Source of the DNA: Stegostoma tigrinum
Taxonomy: Eukaryota
Length of the DNA: 64,000 nt
Assembly: GCF_030684315.1 (NCBI RefSeq)
Contig: NC_081384.1
Location: 15,600,818-15,664,817, forward strand
Direction: 5' to 3'
A program made the position numbers and the translations under genes. Under the pieces are notes generated by a model, which was not told where the DNA came from, did no database searches, and saw only the letters and a list, made by a program, of their open reading frames with translations. Of the stretch, positions 57,690 to 64,000 are shown in pieces. Numbering within the stretch: position 1 is the first letter of the stretch; every line of letters starts with the position of its first letter.

Positions 57690-58262
57690 ATATCTCAGCT
57701 GCTTCATCAACGACCTTCTCTCCATCATAAAGTCAGAAGTAGAGATGTTTGCTGAAGACTGCACAACTTTCAGCACCATCCACCTCAGGTACGGAACAGT
57801 CTATGCCCAAATGCAGTAAGACCTGAGGAATCTCCAGATTTGGACGAATGTAATATTCATGCCAGTGAAGTGGCAGACACTAACCATCTTCAACAAGAGA
57901 GTCCAATCATTGCCCCTTGGCATTCATTTGCATTACCTTTGTTGTAACATCCATTGTCAACATCTAGGTGGTGACAAGCCTTATAAATACTTTGCCAATA
58001 AGAGCAAGTCAAAGGCTAAGAATCCAGTAGTGAGTAATTCTCCTCCTGACTCCTCAAGCCTGTCCACCATCCACAATGTACTAGTCAGCAGTATGATGAA
58101 TATTCCCTACTTTGCCTTAATGGTATAATTCCAACAACACTCAAGATGCTTGGGCAAGTAGCCTGGTTGATTGGCACTACATCCACAAACAAATTGTAAC
58201 AGCAGTGTATCCCATCTACAAGACACACTGCAGAAATTTAACAAATGTCCTTAGATAGTACC
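57690..58262 (+). mobile_element. decayed LINE RT fragment
   Basis: FSCFINDL-SIIKSEVEMFAEDCT motif; same family as 8480-9600. Confidence 0.65.
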
Positions 58263-59725
58263 TGCTAAGGAAATGGCAACAGTCTTTTCATACAGTGTTT
58301 CAATTTCAGGACCTGTCTGTGCACCTGCACAGAAAAAAATACATTAACTTTAAAGGGGCCATGCACTCTTACCCTCTATTATTTTACAAACATCAGATCC
58401 CAACATCCTGCCTTCCAATCCACAAGTACTATACCAACTTCACAACACTAACATTTGACTATATTAGGAATTATTATCTCTGCATAATAATCCTTGTTTC
58501 TCTATTTTTGAGAATAAAGTTAAGCTACTTATCTGATGTCTTAAATACTATAACCTCTGCTTCTAGTCTCAGATGAATAACGTAGAAGCTAAGTTCCAAT
58601 TTAAAGAAGCGGATAAATTTAAGGCTGATGAATATCAAGGAGGGCAAGATACGCATCAAATTTTAAAATCAAAATTAATATTTTATCATTTAATGGCTGT
58701 GCAGTTTTTCAGTAGTCTGACTGAAATTTTACTTTAATGTCTCAATATGCACTGTACTTCAAAAAGCTGTCAGAGACCCCAGAGGAACCCTGAAGTCTTA
58801 CCTTTGATTAAATATGTTTCCCAGCTATCTAGATTGAACTATTCAATTCATTGTCATAAGGAATAGATAAATTCAGTGTTACATTAGGCCTAAGCTTTTT
58901 GCTCAGGTCCTTCAAACCCTGCCACAGTTATTGGTTTCAACCAACCTGGATCATAACACTGAAAGTCGCTATTCATGTGATTAAAGCATGCCAAGTGGAA
59001 TCTGTGTAGAATCTATCACTCTAAATATTAAATGTGTGAAATTGGCTGCTGCAGGTAGTTTGGGTGAACCATACACCTGCGTCGGTATCACATGGGCTAG
59101 TGTTTCCCCAAAAGCTAAGTTAGTGTTGAACTGCCAAGCTATTAGATTTAACATAGATCCACATTTGATCCCTGATTTATGGTGGGTCAGCTGGTAGCAG
59201 TTTGAACATTAAATTTGGCTGCAATGCTCGTGAGCTAGGAAGTTTAAAAAAAAATCACGGAAGAAGAATGTCAATATAACGGGAGGGCTGCTTGCTCACA
59301 TGGAGCAATACTCCATCAAGTTACCCTTCAGGAACGAGGATGAGTAAACTGGGGAACACAAGGTACATCTAGACTGTTCTGATTAACCCAGAAAGGAACA
59401 TCATAACTGGAGGAGGCCATTTAGCCCCTCAAACCTGTTCTATCATTAAATGAAATCATGATGGATTTGCAACCTAACTTCATATATTTGCCTGTGTCCC
59501 AAATCCCTTAATATTTTTGCATTATAAAAATCTTTAAATCAAACAATGTCAACAGTAGTAGTGGTGAAAACATTAATGTGATAGCAGTAACCTCCATTAT
59601 TCTTACACTTAGTTTCACACCAGGATAAGCAAGGTGCAGTTGGTTTATACAATTTAAATCACCCTGGTAGTCTCAGCAACATCTCCTACAGGAGATTAAT
59701 GTGAAAACTTGTCCTTTTTTGGCAG

Positions 59726-59772
59726 GCTTGTGGCATGGAGACTCTGTAAATTTCAGTATGGAAACGGATCAG
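59726..59772 (+). CDS. IFI35: probable exon with start codon (ATG 59758, METDQ) of the downstream gene, putative IFI35
   Basis: Strong acceptor ccttttttggcag| and donor cag|gtgagt; ATG in good Kozak context (agtATGG). Identity rests on RUNDC1-RPL27-IFI35 synteny and ISREs, not on protein similarity. Confidence 0.45.
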
Positions 59773-59869
59773 GTGAGTCACTGTTTTTGAAGTAACTTCA
59801 TTCAATAATGAAAGTGACACAGTTTCCCTGAGTACAAATGCTTGTGAAGCCCTTATAATTTCTCTACAG

Positions 59870-59893
59870 AGTGAGCCTGCACAGAAGCAACAG
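59870..59893 (+). CDS. IFI35: 24-nt in-frame microexon (SEPAQKQQ), putative IFI35
   Basis: Acceptor tttctctacag| and donor cag|gtgagt; phase 0/0 continues METDQ. Confidence 0.45.
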
Positions 59894-61289
59894 GTGAGTT
59901 GATCATTGTTTCTGTCACTGTGACAAAAAACAATAAGGACAGGAATACACCACTCAGTCTCTGAGCCTGTTCAGTTCAGAAATTGTTCAGTTGCCATGTC
60001 GTTGATTTGCCCAACTCCATTTACCATCCTTGCTCCATAGTCCTTGCTATCCTTCGCAAACAAAAATCTATGAGTCTCAATTTTGAAAATTTGAATTGAC
60101 CCAACATCCAGATTTCCACTACCCTTTGTGTAGAAAAACTATCCAAACTGCCCTCGTTCAAATTTTAAAATTATGCCTGCTTCTTCAGGATTCCCTCATC
60201 AAAGCAAATAATTTTACTCTATTTACCCAGAAAATTGCTTCTTCATCTTAAGCATCTTGATTATCATCTAGACTTATTACAATACCAGCTTCCAAGACTA
60301 ACCTTTTAGCCAGAAAGTAGGGGGTCAGCTTTTCCGTGGGTTTGAGGATTTGAAAGTCACCTGCTCTCATTGTCAGGAGGGCAGAGACTGTTCTGGTCAA
60401 CTTACCCCTCCTAAAATTAGTTCAAAATGTGCCAAAAGGTATTTTTACTCATGAACTGCTGAAAAAGACACATTTGGTTAAAACTTTTTGCACTCATCAG
60501 GACAATTCACAAGAAACATCAATTTAACATTAATAACTGCACTCTCCATAGCAACGCTTCTACCAATCAGAGTCTATTTATCAACCAATCAGAATTCCTT
60601 TCTCATACAGTACAAATATGTTGGCTTTTCCTTTAATTTGGTACCTTAACAAATTGGCCTAAAGGGTACCTTTATTATTGAATTTTATTTAAAATTGTGA
60701 AACTTTGGTCTTATGTCACTGTACAAAATTGATTCTTGTTATACACCTGCTGCATCATCCAGGGCTGGCTTTGAAGTCTGCAATGCCCAATCATTTTGCT
60801 TGTTTTGGGATAAAGATTCAGATAGAATCTATCTGGCAATTTTCACTGATGTGTCTTCATCTTCCTTTTCTCCCAATGGCTTTCCACTGTTTGCATGTTT
60901 TGCATATCAAAATTATTATTCTTAGGAAGGGATGCTGGCAGACCTGCTGAGCTTTTCCAGCAACTTCTGTCATTGTTTCTGATTTACAGCATCTGCAGCT
61001 CTTCAGTTTTTACTATGTATCTGCTGTTTCTTCTTAATGCCATATTGGCAAATCACACGACAGGATTGGTGGGAATGCAGTGTGCACACATGAGGTGATA
61101 ACCTTGACTTCATTAATTGACAGGAATATCTGATAATAGCTGTCTTCAATGGTATGCAATTCTATAATTTTGTGAATGTGTAGGATTGCGTCCAGTGGAG
61201 TTTGTCTTCAACAGCAAGAGAAAGAGTTTGGGCGTTTTGGTCAAAAGTCATAGGTTGACATCCTTTCATATTATTCATGCAATACGAGG

Positions 61290-61985
61290 CACCACTGTCC
61301 AGGCCAACATTTGTTGCTGATCCCTGTTTTCTAATGGTGGATGTGGTGATGATTGTTGAAAAAACCCATCTGGCTCAATAATGTCCTTCAAGGAAGGAAA
61401 TCTTCCATCCTCACCTGGTCTGATCTACCTGTGACTCAGCCGATTCACAGCAATGTGGTTGACTCTCAACTGCCCTTTGAAATGGCCTAGCAAGCCACTT
61501 AGTTCAAGGGCAGCTAAGGACATGCAATAAACACTGGCCAACCAGTGATGCCTATGTTCCATGAGTGAATAAAAAAATAAAATTTGTGAAGCCCCATCTC
61601 CTGTCAGTTGTTTAATTGTCCACTACCGTTCGTGACTGGTTGTGGCAGGACTGCAGAGTTTAGAGCTGATCCATAAGTTATGGGGACTGTGATATGCTGC
61701 TTCCAATGTTTGGTATTCAAATTGTACTACGTCGTAACTTCATCAGGTTGATACCACAATTGTTGGTTTGCCAACTGCATGTCCTCCTGCACTGAACCTG
61801 GGTTGATCTTCCAGCTTGGTGGTAATGCTAGAGTGGGGCTATATAAGTCATGATGTTGCAGACTCTGAGTACAGTTCTGCTGCTTCTGCTAGCGCACAGT
61901 GTTTCATGGATGCCCAGGTTTATGTTGCTAATGTTTTTCCAAGTCTGTCCTATTTAGCACAGCAGTAGTGCCACACAATTTGATC
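61290..61985. mobile_element. decayed minus-strand LINE fragment with a nested plus-strand SINE (about 61350-61580)
   Basis: SINE shares sequence with 26120-26440 and ends in gaataaaaaaataaa; flanks resemble the LINE tail also seen at about 52705-52920. Confidence 0.55.
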
Positions 61986-62884
61986 TGCAAGATGTACGAA
62001 CGATGAAGGACTTTTAGCCAAAAAAGCCAAGGTGCAGCAGGCAATCAACAATTGGTCAAGCGTATTGAGCACTCATCAAATTTCTCAAATCAAAGGAATC
62101 CAAGCCAAATTTATGCAACCTGGTCTCATACCTTACTCCTTTATACACCAGTTTCACTTTAGTCAAACTATGCTACACCACTTCCACAACTTTCCTGAGG
62201 TACAATTTAACACAATAGCTCAGTATAGACCAGTTATCACCTGCAAGTGATGTATTGTGCTTCTTTCTGACTTGATAGAGTTGTGTTTTCAAAGGAGCAA
62301 TATATTCAATGAACACATTTACTAATAAACAGCAAGTGCTAAGAATGCAGAGCAGGATGTTCAGTATTCTTAGGTAACTTTGAAAAAGGCAGAAACACAA
62401 TGAGTTTACACAGCACATTATCACATCCCTGAGACATCCTGAAGTACTTCACCAATTAATTTTAGAGTGTAATCAAGCAACTTCCAGCTTGCATACAGTG
62501 AACTCGCATAAACAACAGAGATGAGTGACCTGGCAATTTGCCACCATTGGTTTTGGGTTAAACAAGGGATTTTGATCAAAGCAGCAGGAAATCTCCTGGT
62601 GCTCAAATGTTCAGAAATGAAAATATTCCGTGATTTCTTACTAATTCTATGTAAATTGAAAAACCCCTTGCAACAATTTAAATAGATTTTTTAATCTGAA
62701 TTAAATGGAATACAACTTTAGATATGATGAAATGCAAATTGCTTTGAATATCGGTTGTGAGATTGTATCCAATTAATCAGCATTATAAATCCTTTATCGA
62801 TAACTATATAATGTGATTAGCAGCAAAACAATTCATCAGCTTAGCTGAACTCATCCTTTCCCTTAACATCTTCCCTTTCAATTC

Positions 62885-64000
62885 CTCCCACTTCCTACAG
62901 ACAAAGGGGGTGGCCATGGGTACATGCATGGGCCCAAGCTATGCCTGCCTCTTTGTAGATAACGTGGAACAATCTCTCTTCCGTAGCTACACTGGCCCTT
63001 AACCCCACCTCTTCCTCCGTTACATCGATGGCTGTATCAGTGCCGCCTCGTGCTCTCACGAGGAGCTCGAACAGTTCATCCACTTCACCAACACCTTCCA
63101 CCCCAACCGTAAGTTCACCTGGACCATCTCTGATACCTCTCTCTCCTTCCTGGACCTCTCTGTTTCCATCTCTGGCAACCACCTGGAAACCAATATCCAT
63201 TTCAAGCCTACTGACTCCCACAGCTACCCAGAATACACCTCCTCCCACCCAATGCCATCCCCTATTCCCAATTCCTTCACCTCTGCCGTGTCTGCTCCCA
63301 GGATGAGGCATTCTACTTCTGAACATCTCCGATGGCTTCGTTTTTCAAGCACCGCAATTTCCCCCCCTCAGTGGTTGAGAATGCCCTCGACCGTGTCTCC
63401 TGCATCTCATCCCTCACACCCCCTCCCTGCAATAACCACCAAAAGAGAATCCCACTCATCCTCACATACCACCCCACCAACCTCCGAATCCAACGCATCA
63501 TCCTCCGACACTTTTGCCATCTGCAATCCGACACCGCCAAAGACATTTTTCCCTCCCCATCCTTATCTGCTTTCTGGAGGGACCACTCTCTCTGTGACTC
63601 CCTGGTCCGCTCCACACTCCCTCCCAGCCCCACCACACCCGGCACTTTTCCCTGCAACCGCAGGAAGTGCTAAACCTGCCCCTAGACCTCCCCCCTCACC
63701 CCCATCCCAGGCCCTAAGAAGACCTTCCACATCAAACAGATGTTCACCTACACATCTGCTAATGTTGTACACTGTGTCTGCTGTTCTCGATATGGCCTCC
63801 TGTAAATCGGTGAAACCAAGCAGAGGCTTGGGGACCGCTTTGTGGAACTCTTGCGCTCGGTTTGCAACAAACAACTGTACCTCCCAGCTGCAAACCATTT
63901 CAACTCACCCTTCCACTCCTTCGACAACCTCCTGGGCCTCCTGCAGTACCTCATATTCCGCTTGGGAACTCTGCAGCCCAATGGTATCAATGTGGATTTC
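62885..64000 (+). mobile_element. Penelope-like retroelement RT + GIY-YIG (disrupted; runs off window end)
   Basis: QTKGVAMGTCMGPSYACLFV...LRYIDG(D)...FLDL...KPTDSHSY; IPLILTYHP; PGTFPCNRRKC; GIY-YIG region with stops. Confidence 0.92.

Noticed and set aside
61125-61260. Further candidate exons of the downstream gene
   Set aside because: The implied intron of about 30 nt is too short, and the translations do not resemble IFI35/NMI

Overview
Vertebrate genomic DNA, most likely an elasmobranch (shark), judged from HE1-type V-SINEs and dense CR1, L2 and Penelope-like repeats. Gene order: first coding exon of a CERS5/CERS6-type ceramide synthase on the minus strand (rest of gene off the left edge), complete 5-exon RUNDC1 (+, 568 aa), complete RPL27 (+, non-coding TOP exon plus 4 coding exons, 136 aa), and the 5' end of a probable interferon-inducible gene (IFI35 by synteny and ISRE/IRF motifs). 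Two observations stand out. First, a 108/108-bp identical inverted copy of RUNDC1 exon 3 sits about 1.5 kb upstream in intron 2, inside a decayed Penelope-like element and flanked by an 11-bp direct repeat, so the pre-mRNA can form a perfect intron-exon duplex. Second, the CerS5/6-like gene lies in the RUNDC1-RPL27-IFI35 block, where humans have no CERS gene, and may be a retained whole-genome-duplication paralogue. Many short Penelope-derived fold-back insertions carry minimal hammerhead ribozyme cores and target-site duplications (TSDs). All comparisons were made by eye or from recalled family knowledge; no database search was run, and repeat boundaries are approximate.
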